64,000 nucleotides of DNA. Source: a virus. Made by a program: the position numbers and the translations under genes. Below are positions 43,270 through 51,935 of this stretch, piece by piece; the stretch's first letter is position 1; each line of letters opens with the position of its first letter. Below the pieces are notes generated by a model. That model saw nothing but the letters and a program-made list of their open reading frames with translations. It ran no database searches and was not told the DNA's origin. The stretch lies in IMG/VR virus record IMGVR_UViG_3300014137_000003. One strand, written 5' to 3'.

Positions 43270-44343
43270 ATGGTAGAAAGTTTAGTCGACATTGCGTATC
43301 GACGTTTAAAAAAGAGAGAAGAATACGAATCTAGACATGGTAGTGGTAGTTATCGTCGTAAAGTATTGGAGCCCTTTTTAGGTAAGCACGTAGCCGTGCA
43401 GGGTTGGGTAGCAGCTATCTATATTGAGGGGGAGCTTTACCGTGTAACTTTGCGTGATGTTATCATTCAGGGAAGGGAATTAGACCACATTAACTTTAAT
43501 TTGTCTGGGGATAGCAAATATTTGCAAACAGTAATCGACGCATTACGTTGTCATGCTGTAATTAAAATGAAAGCAGGTATTAAAAGTTATCGTAGTGGGT
43601 CTAGAAGTACTTTTGGGCTTGCTGAGGTTACTTATGTTGAGTTATTTAGAAAAGGCGAAGAGGCACCTATTACTTGTGGTGTCACTCCTTACTTTACCAG
43701 TATGGGGTATAATCAAATCTTTAAGTGGAGGAACTTTCGTAGAGAGGGCTTTAGTTACTATAACTTGTGTGATGTAGTATTAATAGAAGAATCGTACTTG
43801 GGGTATCTTGAAAGATTACTATCTTGTAGTCAAGGGATTAGGATGCGACGTTATACTGAGGGTGAGTTAGCTATTGTAGGGGAGTATAAGTCTAAGAACC
43901 CTTATACACGCTCTCGTATTCTTCAAGAGTCCTTAGAAAATAAGGGTAATCTTGAGTACCTCTGTTATTTACAGTATGAGCGTTCTGTTGAGGAGCTTAG
44001 AGTGGGCTTGGATGTAGCAGATATACATTCTTTCTCATCATATCAATCTAAGCAATATGTGGAAATGCTTAGGACGTTAGGAGATTGGGTTCCTATTCCT
44101 ATGAAGAATGAAGTTTTCAACGATAAGACTGGTGTTCCTTTTGTGTTGAAGTTACGTCATCGAATGTCATACTCTATTATTTACCCTAGTATCTGTGAGG
44201 ATGCCTCTTATCTAAATAGTGTGGAGAACTTGAAGAAGTTGTTTGAGGACTTTAGAATCCCTAGTGGGGCACGTGTTAGCGTATATAACCCTGTCTTAAA
44301 TCGTTTTGCTGAAATCAATAGTGAGGTAGTTTTGAATGGTTAA
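43270..44343 (+). CDS. hypothetical protein
   Basis: 357-aa ORF with a GAGAGGAG SD. Confidence 0.65.
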   Translation: MVESLVDIAYRRLKKREEYESRHGSGSYRRKVLEPFLGKHVAVQGWVAAIYIEGELYRVTLRDVIIQGRELDHINFNLSGDSKYLQTVIDALRCHAVIKMKAGIKSYRSGSRSTFGLAEVTYVELFRKGEEAPITCGVTPYFTSMGYNQIFKWRNFRREGFSYYNLCDVVLIEESYLGYLERLLSCSQGIRMRRYTEGELAIVGEYKSKNPYTRSRILQESLENKGNLEYLCYLQYERSVEELRVGLDVADIHSFSSYQSKQYVEMLRTLGDWVPIPMKNEVFNDKTGVPFVLKLRHRMSYSIIYPSICEDASYLNSVENLKKLFEDFRIPSGARVSVYNPVLNRFAEINSEVVLNG

Positions 44344-44344
44344 A

Positions 44345-44497
44345 ATGTTATATCCTATAAACAGTAAGGTTTCTAAAGATATTGTAACTGCTCGTTTTGT
44401 TGCAGAAGTGGATGGAAAGGTTCGTACAGTATCTGATATCTTTACTTTGGAACAGTGGAACAAATTATGCTCTGGGCAAACTGTTCAGATTGCATAG
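44345..44497 (+). CDS. small hypothetical protein (50 aa)
   Basis: It fills the gap between 44343 and smpB. The ATG overlaps the upstream TAA. Confidence 0.35.
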   Translation: MLYPINSKVSKDIVTARFVAEVDGKVRTVSDIFTLEQWNKLCSGQTVQIA

Positions 44498-44524
44498 TTA
44501 TCTTTAGAAGTCTAGGAGAAGCTT

Positions 44525-44959
44525 ATGCTATTAGTTAAGAATAGGAAGGCTTATCATGATTACTCTGTACTCCGTACCTTGGAGTGTGGGGTTGTTTTGG
44601 TAGGTAGTGAAGTTAAATCGCTAAAGGCTCATCACGGAGTCCTCAAAGGTTCTTGGGGGTATATTTCTAACGAAGAAGTGTTCTTAAAGGGGGTACACAT
44701 TCCGAAATGGGGTACGTCTGTTTGGAACCATGAAGAAGAAAGAGACCGTAAATTACTCCTACATAAAAAGGAAATTAAGGGTTTAGCGAAAGACTTGTCT
44801 CTTGGCGATGGGTTAACTCTTGTACCTTTAGAGCTTAAAGTTGTAAAAGGTCGAATAAAGTGCACTCTTGGCTTGTGTAAAGGTAAGAAAAACTATGATA
44901 AGCGTCAAGCTCTGAAAGAAAGAGACATCAAACGTAGTCTAGAAAGGTTAGTTAGGTAG
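44525..44959 (+). CDS. smpB: SmpB (tmRNA-binding protein)
   Basis: NRKAYHDYSVLRTLECGVVLVGSEVKSLK, RDRKLLLHKKEI and GLCKGKKNYDKRQALKERD align with E. coli SmpB (NKRARHEY...GWEVKSLR, RTRKLLL, GVAKGKKQHDKRSDIKERE). Confidence 0.9.
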   Translation: MLLVKNRKAYHDYSVLRTLECGVVLVGSEVKSLKAHHGVLKGSWGYISNEEVFLKGVHIPKWGTSVWNHEEERDRKLLLHKKEIKGLAKDLSLGDGLTLVPLELKVVKGRIKCTLGLCKGKKNYDKRQALKERDIKRSLERLVR

Positions 44960-44963
44960 TCTT

Positions 44964-45587
44964 ATGGCAGAGTTTCGTAGATATAATTATTCTAAAAAGA
45001 GACCAGGAAGTGATAATCCTATTAACCCTGACTTAGTACCTTATTTATCTTGTGTGGATACTCCTTTTACCCTTATTGGGGTATCTGTAAGAAACATTCT
45101 TTCTAGCACAGAATATAGTGCTATGGTTAGAGATTGTAAAAAAAGGGCTAGAAACAACTGTGAACTTTGTGGTAGGTATGTAGCTCGTACCAAAGAGGAT
45201 TTTATCCATTCACAAGAGCTTTATGATAAAGACCTATCTAAAGGCATTTTCAAGTATAAAGGTTTAATTGGTTTATGTAAAGATTGCTTTTATATGTTTA
45301 ATCCATATATAATGAACTTGGACTTAGAAAACCTTGTTATTAAGCCTAAGTATGTGTATAGGTTACGGCAGACTAGGGAATCGATGCTTTCCTCTTTTGG
45401 TTTTAGGGGTGTAGATTTGCCTAGGAAGAAGGTGTTTGTCTTTGAATATAGGGGGTATCAATATATAAATGATTCTATACCCTCTATTTTAGATAGGGCT
45501 TTGGGGGCAGGTGTTAGGGTTCTCCCCATGCGAAAAGACTTTATGGCAATACACCCAGACTTATATTATCATAAGCCTTTATCTTAG
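44964..45587 (+). CDS. hypothetical Cys-pair protein (degenerate HNH/zinc-finger-like)
   Basis: CELCGRY...H....GLCKDCF. Confidence 0.55.
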   Translation: MAEFRRYNYSKKRPGSDNPINPDLVPYLSCVDTPFTLIGVSVRNILSSTEYSAMVRDCKKRARNNCELCGRYVARTKEDFIHSQELYDKDLSKGIFKYKGLIGLCKDCFYMFNPYIMNLDLENLVIKPKYVYRLRQTRESMLSSFGFRGVDLPRKKVFVFEYRGYQYINDSIPSILDRALGAGVRVLPMRKDFMAIHPDLYYHKPLS

Positions 45588-45618
45588 TTTAAGTCCCTTT
45601 TACTTTTATAGAAGCTTT

Positions 45619-45627
45619 TAGTAAAAT
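45619..45627 (+). promoter_or_regulatory. -10 box (TAGTAAAAT)
   Basis: Upstream of the HU-like gene. Confidence 0.5.
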
Positions 45628-45662
45628 ATACTTATAAAATATTTCGTAGGAGGTTTTAGTTA

Positions 45663-45941
45663 ATGGTAACTAAAAAGGATATTGTTTCCGAAGTATCGGC
45701 AGAGCTTGGTATTACGAAGGTGGAAGCTAATCGAACTTTTGATACAATCTTTAAGACAATTATGGATTACGTTTCTGATGGTGAAAAGGTACAAATCAAG
45801 GATTTCGGTAATTGGGAAGCTCGTTATCGTTCTGCTCGTAATGGTCGAAACCCACAAAATGGGGCACCGATTCGTATTGAAGAACGTCTTACTCCTGTAT
45901 TTAAGCCAGGAAAAGCCTTTAAAGAACAAGTTAATAAGTAG
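45663..45941 (+). CDS. hup: HU/IHF-family DNA-binding protein (TF1-like)
   Basis: DIVSEVSAELGITKVEANRTFDTIF...FGNWEARYRSARNGRNPQNGAPIRIEERLTPVFKPGKAFKEQV matches the HU signature (GFG.F..R.R.AR.GRNP.TGE.I.I......F.PGK.LK). Confidence 0.9.
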   Translation: MVTKKDIVSEVSAELGITKVEANRTFDTIFKTIMDYVSDGEKVQIKDFGNWEARYRSARNGRNPQNGAPIRIEERLTPVFKPGKAFKEQVNK

Positions 45942-45958
45942 ATCATTTGTATGCAGCT

Positions 45959-45978
45959 GACTAGGTAACTGCCTAGTC
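45959..45978 (+). terminator. hairpin (weak terminator or processing site)
   Basis: GACTAGG-TAACTG-CCTAGTC. The U-tract is poor. Confidence 0.35.
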
Positions 45979-45985
45979 CTTATAT

Positions 45986-46057
45986 GCCCTCATAGTATAA
46001 CGGAGAGTACACAGGTTTCCTAAACCTATGATGGGGGTTCGATTCCCTCTGAGGGCA
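45986..46057 (+). tRNA. tRNA-Arg (anticodon CCT)
   Basis: Acceptor GCCCTCA/TGAGGGC, anticodon arm CAGGT-TTCCTAA-ACCTA (one C/A mismatch) and T-arm GGGGG-TTCGATT-CCCTC. Confidence 0.8.
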
Positions 46058-46121
46058 TTCTACTAGTTAAGGCTAGTGGAAGACTGACTTTCTGCTGAAG
46101 TCGATGGTAACTCCTTAGTAT

Positions 46122-46147
46122 CCAGTGCAGAGGTGCACTGGTTTTTT
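46122..46147 (+). terminator. rho-independent terminator
   Basis: CCAGTGCA-GAGG-TGCACTGG followed by TTTTTT. Confidence 0.85.
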
Positions 46148-46149
46148 AG

Positions 46150-46410
46150 TTTAATTATACAGAAATTATTTTATATCTTTAGGTATTAACTATTTAGGAG
46201 GTAGGTTTTATACTTAGTGTAATCTCTTGTAGTTTAGTATTAGATTGTTATTATTTCTTTTTAGGAATTACTTTAGTATCTTAGTATAATCTATCTTATT
46301 CTTGTTTACTTTTTAGTAGTTCTTTCCTATTAGATTTCTTTTCTTTCTATATTAAATCCTTTTGTATTCTCCTTATATATTACTAGCCTATTTAGGAATT
46401 GCTTTATTAT
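46150..46410. other. AT-rich, T-skewed non-coding tract (candidate DNA-unwinding region)
   Basis: About 260 nt with no ORF. It contains two copies of TTAGGAATT(A/G)CTTTA(G/T)TATCTT, at 46261 and 46392. Confidence 0.35.
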
Positions 46411-46413
46411 CTT

Positions 46414-46660
46414 TGTGGTAATTGGGTGTACTTTTGGTAGGATTTGTGGTATTATGGTTAGTGATTTAGATGTGGTATTTTATGTGGTAATCTCGTCCGT
46501 CTTGGGTGGGGGTATCTATTTTAAATCCGTTTTAGGGCTTGTTTGGGGCGTTTTAGCGAATAAAAATATGGGGGTAGGGGGTGTATGTCCTTGCTTGCGT
46601 ATTGTGGTTTTGTGGCTCGAAAATAGCGTGTATTTGTGGGTTTATTGTGGGTTATTATTG
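46414..46660 (+). repeat. G+T-rich tract with TGTGGTAWT / TGTGG iterons
   Basis: TGTGGTAAT at 46414 and 46483, TGTGGTATT at 46445 and 46471, and further TTGTGG copies at 46603-46655. There is almost no C or A on the + strand. Confidence 0.55.
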
Positions 46661-46719
46661 CTTATTAATCTACTATATCTATTTGTACTTAGTTGAATAT
46701 AGGAATTAGGAGTCAAAAT

Positions 46720-47337
46720 ATGGCTAACTTTTTTAGAACCTTAGATACTTCTATTAAAGATTGCTCTAGTAGTGGAGATGTTGCATCTTTGGCTATCCTA
46801 GAACGATTGAAGATGTATTTAAGTACTGGTAACTTTAGCTCTTATAGTAGGGCAAAGGAACTTATTTCTGTTAATGGCTTATCGTGGAAGGAAGCTAGTT
46901 ATGTACTAAAAATAAAGCCCGACACGGTGAAACGTGCAAGATATGCTTTGTCGGAAGAGGTTTGGAATATTGTAGGAAAAGACTTTTTCGACCGTCTTAA
47001 GGAAGGGGACTTAGCTTATTGTGATTCTATCGTTGAGTCTCTCCACGTGGAGGAGATTGTTTCCCCTATCCCTTTAGATGTTTCTAAGCTTATTAGGTCT
47101 TTGGCTAGTGAGGAAGACCTTAATAGTATAGGTAGCGTAACCGAGTTGTCTGCCTATTCGAAGGAGTTGGACTTTCTAGTTGGGATTAGCGAACCTATGG
47201 TTAGGGCAAAGGTATCTAACCTAGATATTGGTAGGCTCTTAGCATTACTAGGCATTTTGGATGGAAGCCTTGGTAATCCTCATATTAGGGTGGCGATTAA
47301 CGAACATATTCTAGGGAAAGCAGGAGATTTATTATGA
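46720..47337 (+). CDS. hypothetical protein, possible HTH/sigma-region-4-like regulator
   Basis: The start is moved to the ATG after AGGAG. The segment SWKEASYVLKIKPDTVKRARYALSEEV looks like a helix-turn-helix. Confidence 0.5.
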   Translation: MANFFRTLDTSIKDCSSSGDVASLAILERLKMYLSTGNFSSYSRAKELISVNGLSWKEASYVLKIKPDTVKRARYALSEEVWNIVGKDFFDRLKEGDLAYCDSIVESLHVEEIVSPIPLDVSKLIRSLASEEDLNSIGSVTELSAYSKELDFLVGISEPMVRAKVSNLDIGRLLALLGILDGSLGNPHIRVAINEHILGKAGDLL

Positions 47338-48548
47338 TTCATATTAGTGAACTATATAAAAAGGATTATTTTGAGACTGTAAGTGAATATCGTTTCGCTT
47401 TATCATTTGCTATGGAGTGTGCTAGACGTGGCGATATCCTCTCGGTAGATGGGGTACGCAGTCAGGCAGACTTGAATTCTCGTGTGCATGCAGGCTACAA
47501 AAATTATCTAATGGATAATAATTTAGTTGTAGGATTTAGTAGCAAAGAAGAAGACATCTACCCTTACGAAGAACAGAATTACTCTTTCCTTAGTAAAGAT
47601 AATCTTTTTGAAGACAACGGTGAGTATCTCTATTGGGATATGGACTGGGGCTTGGAAGTGTTAGGTAGACTCTTCTATAAGCACGCAGGGGTAGGTGATA
47701 TTCCTTACTTGTTGGAGTTCCTAGTAGCTCGTCATCTCTACGATGTCCTAACTGGGAAAGAAACTCGCAAACTCTATATTAAGTTAACTATGCAACTATC
47801 TTCTACTTTCTCTAGCTATTTGGACTTGGTTTCTCTTTATAATTCTTGTCCTAACCTAGCAGAGTATGTAGAGATTGTACTGCATGAGCGTTCTTCTGTA
47901 GACCTTAAACTTTCCTTATTTAAGTATGATTCTAATAACTTAGGATTTAATAAGGAGTATACGGTGGAGGAGAAAATGAACTTCTTACAACTAAATAGGT
48001 TTACCGAAGGTATGGTACTTATTCTCTTTGATAGAAAGGGTATTAACACTTCTAATGACTTGGGAAGTATCGAGATGGCTCATTTAGTTCGTCTTGATGA
48101 AGTTGTAGACGGTAAGCTTTACCTAACCCAGTTAAGGGGTACTCGAACCTATGAGGAGACTGCTAAAGACTTCCTCATGATTCCCGAAAAGAACCGTGCA
48201 CTTTATTATGACTTATTAGATAAGTCTGATTCTGTCCATGGTTCTATGGTAGTAGACTTACGAGAGTGTGGGGTAGGAAGTCGATTTTACCGTGAGAAAC
48301 ACTTGTTAGATTCTATCTCAACTACGGATATGGTTCGTAAGTTAGTTTCTAACAATGGGAAAATCTTTGAACAAGAGATGACTGAAGCTGAAGCTATCTT
48401 CTATACCCTTATGCAAAACGACGCTCCTATAGACGCTGATTTATATAGAGATTATTATTTTGGTGGCGGAGAAGCTATTTGGGATTCCCTAGACCATGAT
48501 GGTTTTAACTCTCCTTATGACTTTATTAAGGATGAGCTTAATTTCTAG
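47334..48548 (+). CDS. hypothetical protein
   Basis: 404-aa ORF overlapping the upstream stop by 4 nt. Confidence 0.65.
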   Translation: MIHISELYKKDYFETVSEYRFALSFAMECARRGDILSVDGVRSQADLNSRVHAGYKNYLMDNNLVVGFSSKEEDIYPYEEQNYSFLSKDNLFEDNGEYLYWDMDWGLEVLGRLFYKHAGVGDIPYLLEFLVARHLYDVLTGKETRKLYIKLTMQLSSTFSSYLDLVSLYNSCPNLAEYVEIVLHERSSVDLKLSLFKYDSNNLGFNKEYTVEEKMNFLQLNRFTEGMVLILFDRKGINTSNDLGSIEMAHLVRLDEVVDGKLYLTQLRGTRTYEETAKDFLMIPEKNRALYYDLLDKSDSVHGSMVVDLRECGVGSRFYREKHLLDSISTTDMVRKLVSNNGKIFEQEMTEAEAIFYTLMQNDAPIDADLYRDYYFGGGEAIWDSLDHDGFNSPYDFIKDELNF

Positions 48549-48561
48549 TTTAAGTTTAGAT

Positions 48562-48715
48562 TTCCGAATACTTTATTAGGTTTTCCGAAAATATTTTTAG
48601 TTTTCTGAAATATAGGTTATGTTTTCCGAAAGTTATTTTATGTTTTCCGAAAGTTGGTTTATACTTTCTGATTTTTAGTTCCAGTAGGCTGAAAGTTTGT
48701 ATTCAGTCTTCCGAA
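48562..48715 (+). repeat. array of 8 TTTTCCGAAA-type iterons with about 21-bp phasing
   Basis: TTCCGAA or TTCTGAA cores start at 48562, 48583, 48603, 48624, 48645, 48666, 48687 (degenerate) and 48709. Confidence 0.8.
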
Positions 48716-48750
48716 ACTAATTAGTTAGAATTATGAAAGAATGGTGAGTT

Positions 48751-50889
48751 ATGGCAGATTTATTAAAAGACCTAGAAAACTTTACTTCGAATTTGGAAGA
48801 GGTAAAACCAAAGAAGGAAGTAGTTGGTACAGGTTATGTAAAGAAAAAGGACACTGCTAGTGAGCGGTTCCTAGAACGTGTCACGGAAAAGGGGTACGAC
48901 TTAACTGAGCTTGAAGGAGCCCTTAAGACTTGGGGCAACCAGTTGGTTCTATCTTGTGCAGGAAGTGGTAAAACTACTTTTACAGTAATGAAAATTTTGT
49001 ATGGAACTCGTACTGGTAAGTTAACTCAAAAGGTAGAAGTTAATGGAAATACTGTACGAACTATGGCACGGATTTGGGTTTCTACCTTTTTGAATAGTGG
49101 TGCTAGGGAGTTGGAGTACGAAGTAGCCAAGTGGAATAAGAAAATGGGGTATGTTGATACTTCTAAATCAATAAAGTTTTCCACTATCCATGCAGAGTTT
49201 AAGTCTGTATTGAATGCTTGTGGTATTAGCACTAGCTTTATCGATGCTAAGGCTAACACTACTGCTCTACGCAACATCGTAAAACGATTTGGAGTAAGAG
49301 CTAATGGTAAGTTCCTTAATTCTGAACAGTTGTCTGATTTAGAGGGTGCATTGACTTATACTCGTAATAAACTTGATGGTAAACGTTATACCCACCAAGT
49401 TTATACTGACCTAGGTCTTACCTCAATTGAGATTGATGCTATTCTAAATGATTGGTATAAGGCACGTAAGGCAGCTGGCAAAATGGACTTTGAGGACTTG
49501 CAAGATATCCTCTATAACAAGTTGTTTGTAGAGGAAGACCAGAACATTATTGATTGTGTTTCAGACCGTTATGACTTCTTGTTTATTGACGAATTCCAAG
49601 ATACTTCCCAAAAGCAGTATGCTATCTTAAAAGTTTATATGCAGTATGCTAAGCAAACGGTAGTTGTAGGTGATGACGACCAAACTATCTACTCTTGGAG
49701 GGGTAGTGACCATAAGATTATTACTGAGACATTTATTAATGACTTTAGTCCTAAAATCTCTAAGCTCTCTACTAACTATCGATGCCCAGCAAATATTGTA
49801 AACGCTATTGTTCCTAGTATTGAACGCAATACTGAACGTTTAGAGAAGTCTATTAAGGCAAGCAAAGAAGGTGGGGAGGTTCGTCTTGGGGTATTCCCAT
49901 CTTACAATGCTATGGTTAAGAAATTGAATGAATTGGTTTATCAAGATATTTCAGACCGTATGAATGTAGCTATTATCTGTCGTGAGAATAGTGATGGGTT
50001 GTTGCCAGCTATGATGCTAGATAGGGATGGAAGGTTCTCTTTTAGTATTAGTGGGGAGGGTATGTCCCTAAACTCTTACATGGTTCAGCAAGCTAAGAAT
50101 GTTGTACGTTTGGTTAGCGAGAAAGCTACAAATGGTGTTGCATCTGCTCTTAAACAACTAACTTACTCTACTTGGGAAGTTGATTCTCTTATGTCAGCAC
50201 TTAAGAATAGTGGGGAAAGTATTTGGAATGTTCCTATGGACGAAGTTTCTTATTCTTGTCCTAGTCTATCAGGTATTCTCTCTGAGTGGAGAAATGTTTA
50301 CAGGGGTGTAACAGAAGGTAAGATGTCTGAAATGGGTTTGTTGGAATATCTTCTTTCTTACTATCATAACTTTGTTTATGAGAAGGAAAACACTTACAAC
50401 ATGAGAATGCGTTCTATCCTATCTTCTTTTGTAGTGCTTGTTAGGTCTGATGGTTTTGAATCTGCGTCTGAGTTCCTTTATGAGCTGAACGAAATGAATT
50501 TACGTTTACAAAGCCGAGTGAAGCTGAATAACGTAGATATTCGGATTGTTACTGTACACGAATTTAAAGGTAAGGAAGTAGATTCGGGGTATCTTTGGAA
50601 TGACTCTGTTGATGTCTTTCCTCATAAAAAGGCTGAAACTCAAGAAGAGCTTGAAGAAGAAAGGCGTAACCACTATATTGGTTGTACACGTCCTAAGAAA
50701 CGTTTGACCCTTATGACTATCCAAGGTAAGGAGGGTATGTTTATCTCGGAGATGGACTTATCTAACGCAATCCGTGTAGATAGTGTTTCTGGTATTAAAG
50801 GTTCATTAAAAGGTAAAGAAGATAGCGAAGAAGCTAGGAATAGACGTAGGCTTTTGGGAGAGTCAGCGGGTGTAGGTTTTGAAGAATAA
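48751..50889 (+). CDS. UvrD/Rep/PcrA-type SF1 helicase
   Basis: Helicase motifs CAGSGKT (I), FIDEFQDTS (II), VGDDDQTIYSWRG (III), TNYRC (IV), VHEFKGKE (V) and IGCTRPKKRL (VI). Confidence 0.9.
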   Translation: MADLLKDLENFTSNLEEVKPKKEVVGTGYVKKKDTASERFLERVTEKGYDLTELEGALKTWGNQLVLSCAGSGKTTFTVMKILYGTRTGKLTQKVEVNGNTVRTMARIWVSTFLNSGARELEYEVAKWNKKMGYVDTSKSIKFSTIHAEFKSVLNACGISTSFIDAKANTTALRNIVKRFGVRANGKFLNSEQLSDLEGALTYTRNKLDGKRYTHQVYTDLGLTSIEIDAILNDWYKARKAAGKMDFEDLQDILYNKLFVEEDQNIIDCVSDRYDFLFIDEFQDTSQKQYAILKVYMQYAKQTVVVGDDDQTIYSWRGSDHKIITETFINDFSPKISKLSTNYRCPANIVNAIVPSIERNTERLEKSIKASKEGGEVRLGVFPSYNAMVKKLNELVYQDISDRMNVAIICRENSDGLLPAMMLDRDGRFSFSISGEGMSLNSYMVQQAKNVVRLVSEKATNGVASALKQLTYSTWEVDSLMSALKNSGESIWNVPMDEVSYSCPSLSGILSEWRNVYRGVTEGKMSEMGLLEYLLSYYHNFVYEKENTYNMRMRSILSSFVVLVRSDGFESASEFLYELNEMNLRLQSRVKLNNVDIRIVTVHEFKGKEVDSGYLWNDSVDVFPHKKAETQEELEEERRNHYIGCTRPKKRLTLMTIQGKEGMFISEMDLSNAIRVDSVSGIKGSLKGKEDSEEARNRRRLLGESAGVGFEE

Positions 50890-50895
50890 TTAGTT

Positions 50896-50944
50896 TTCCG
50901 AAAGTATTTTTTAGGTTTCCGATTTCGAATTTTAGAAGTCCGAA
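50896..50944 (+). repeat. 3 further TTCCGAA-type iterons, 21-bp phased
   Basis: Cores at 50896, 50917 and 50938, immediately downstream of the helicase stop. Confidence 0.7.
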
Positions 50945-50986
50945 GCCTTTTCGACTATAAGTAGGATTGTTTTTATGTTTATTTTA

Positions 50987-50995
50987 TGTTAAGAT
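50987..50995 (+). promoter_or_regulatory. extended -10 promoter (TGTTAAGAT + CTAGTAT)
   Basis: Upstream of 51024. Confidence 0.5.
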
Positions 50996-51023
50996 GCTAG
51001 TATTGAAAGTATGAGGTTTAGTT

Positions 51024-51908
51024 ATGTACTTTAAAGGAAGTCGTGTAACTTTAGAATCTATTAGTTCTCAGTTTAGGGGGTATTCCTTGGACATACAGGA
51101 CGAGGTTCGTTCTATGGTTATGGATAACTTAGATTTGTCTAAGTGGATAGACGTTTGTAAGGATAACCCTTACCGTCTATATCAGATTAGGTTAGGAAGT
51201 AAGGAGGGATTGGACCCTCGGTTCTTCACTATCCTAGATGGTTCTGTAATTTATAGGATTCGTAGCTTGGCAGCTACTGGTTTTAATGTGGGAGAGTTGC
51301 TCTCTTATGTAGGTGTGGGCTTTACTAAGGAGCAGTGGTTTTATATTATCTCTTGGGCAGAGCGTGGCTTGTTAGACTTTAGGTTAGCCCTTGTAAGGAC
51401 TCCTTTCTCTATGTGGGGTTTCATTGATAAGGGTCTTAGGAATAACTTGCCTATGTGGTTGTTCACTAGTGGTAAGAAATACAGTGACACCTTTATGCAT
51501 AGTGTTCTTACTTTGATGTCTAATGGGCAGTCTGCCGAGACATTCTTAAATTATCCGTGGAATGATAAAACATTAAAATTATTGGCAGAATTCTCTTACC
51601 GTAGATGGTTTAATAATATAGTAGGCTTGGTAGATTATTTTATCCCTTACGATTTTTTAGTCTCTGTAGGGGAGTTAGCTAAAGAAGGTTTAATTGATAA
51701 AGATTTATTTAAGACTGGTTATGATGGAGATACTGGAAGCTGTTATTATCTATATCAGTCATATCATTTAGAAGCTATCTTGCGTTGTGTCATGCAGGGG
51801 TATGATTATAGCAAGTTAAAGGATTATAACCTTTCAGGTTCAGAGGTAGACACTATCTTGAAAGAGATAGAGTTAAACTCTAAGCGTTCTTTCCGAGGTA
51901 GATTGTAA
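51024..51908 (+). CDS. hypothetical protein
   Basis: 294-aa ORF. Confidence 0.65.
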   Translation: MYFKGSRVTLESISSQFRGYSLDIQDEVRSMVMDNLDLSKWIDVCKDNPYRLYQIRLGSKEGLDPRFFTILDGSVIYRIRSLAATGFNVGELLSYVGVGFTKEQWFYIISWAERGLLDFRLALVRTPFSMWGFIDKGLRNNLPMWLFTSGKKYSDTFMHSVLTLMSNGQSAETFLNYPWNDKTLKLLAEFSYRRWFNNIVGLVDYFIPYDFLVSVGELAKEGLIDKDLFKTGYDGDTGSCYYLYQSYHLEAILRCVMQGYDYSKLKDYNLSGSEVDTILKEIELNSKRSFRGRL

Positions 51909-51935
51909 AAATATTAGGAGATAGGGGTACTTATT

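Noticed and set aside
46415-46696. 93-aa + strand ORF in the GT-rich tract.
   Set aside because: Its amino-acid content (G, V, L, C, F, W, Y only) is what a G+T-only sequence encodes. It has no SD and a GTG start, so it is more likely non-coding.
48562-48715. The possibility that the regularly spaced repeats are a CRISPR array.
   Set aside because: The repeat unit is only about 10 nt with spacers of about 11 nt (21-bp period), far below CRISPR dimensions. No cas genes are present.
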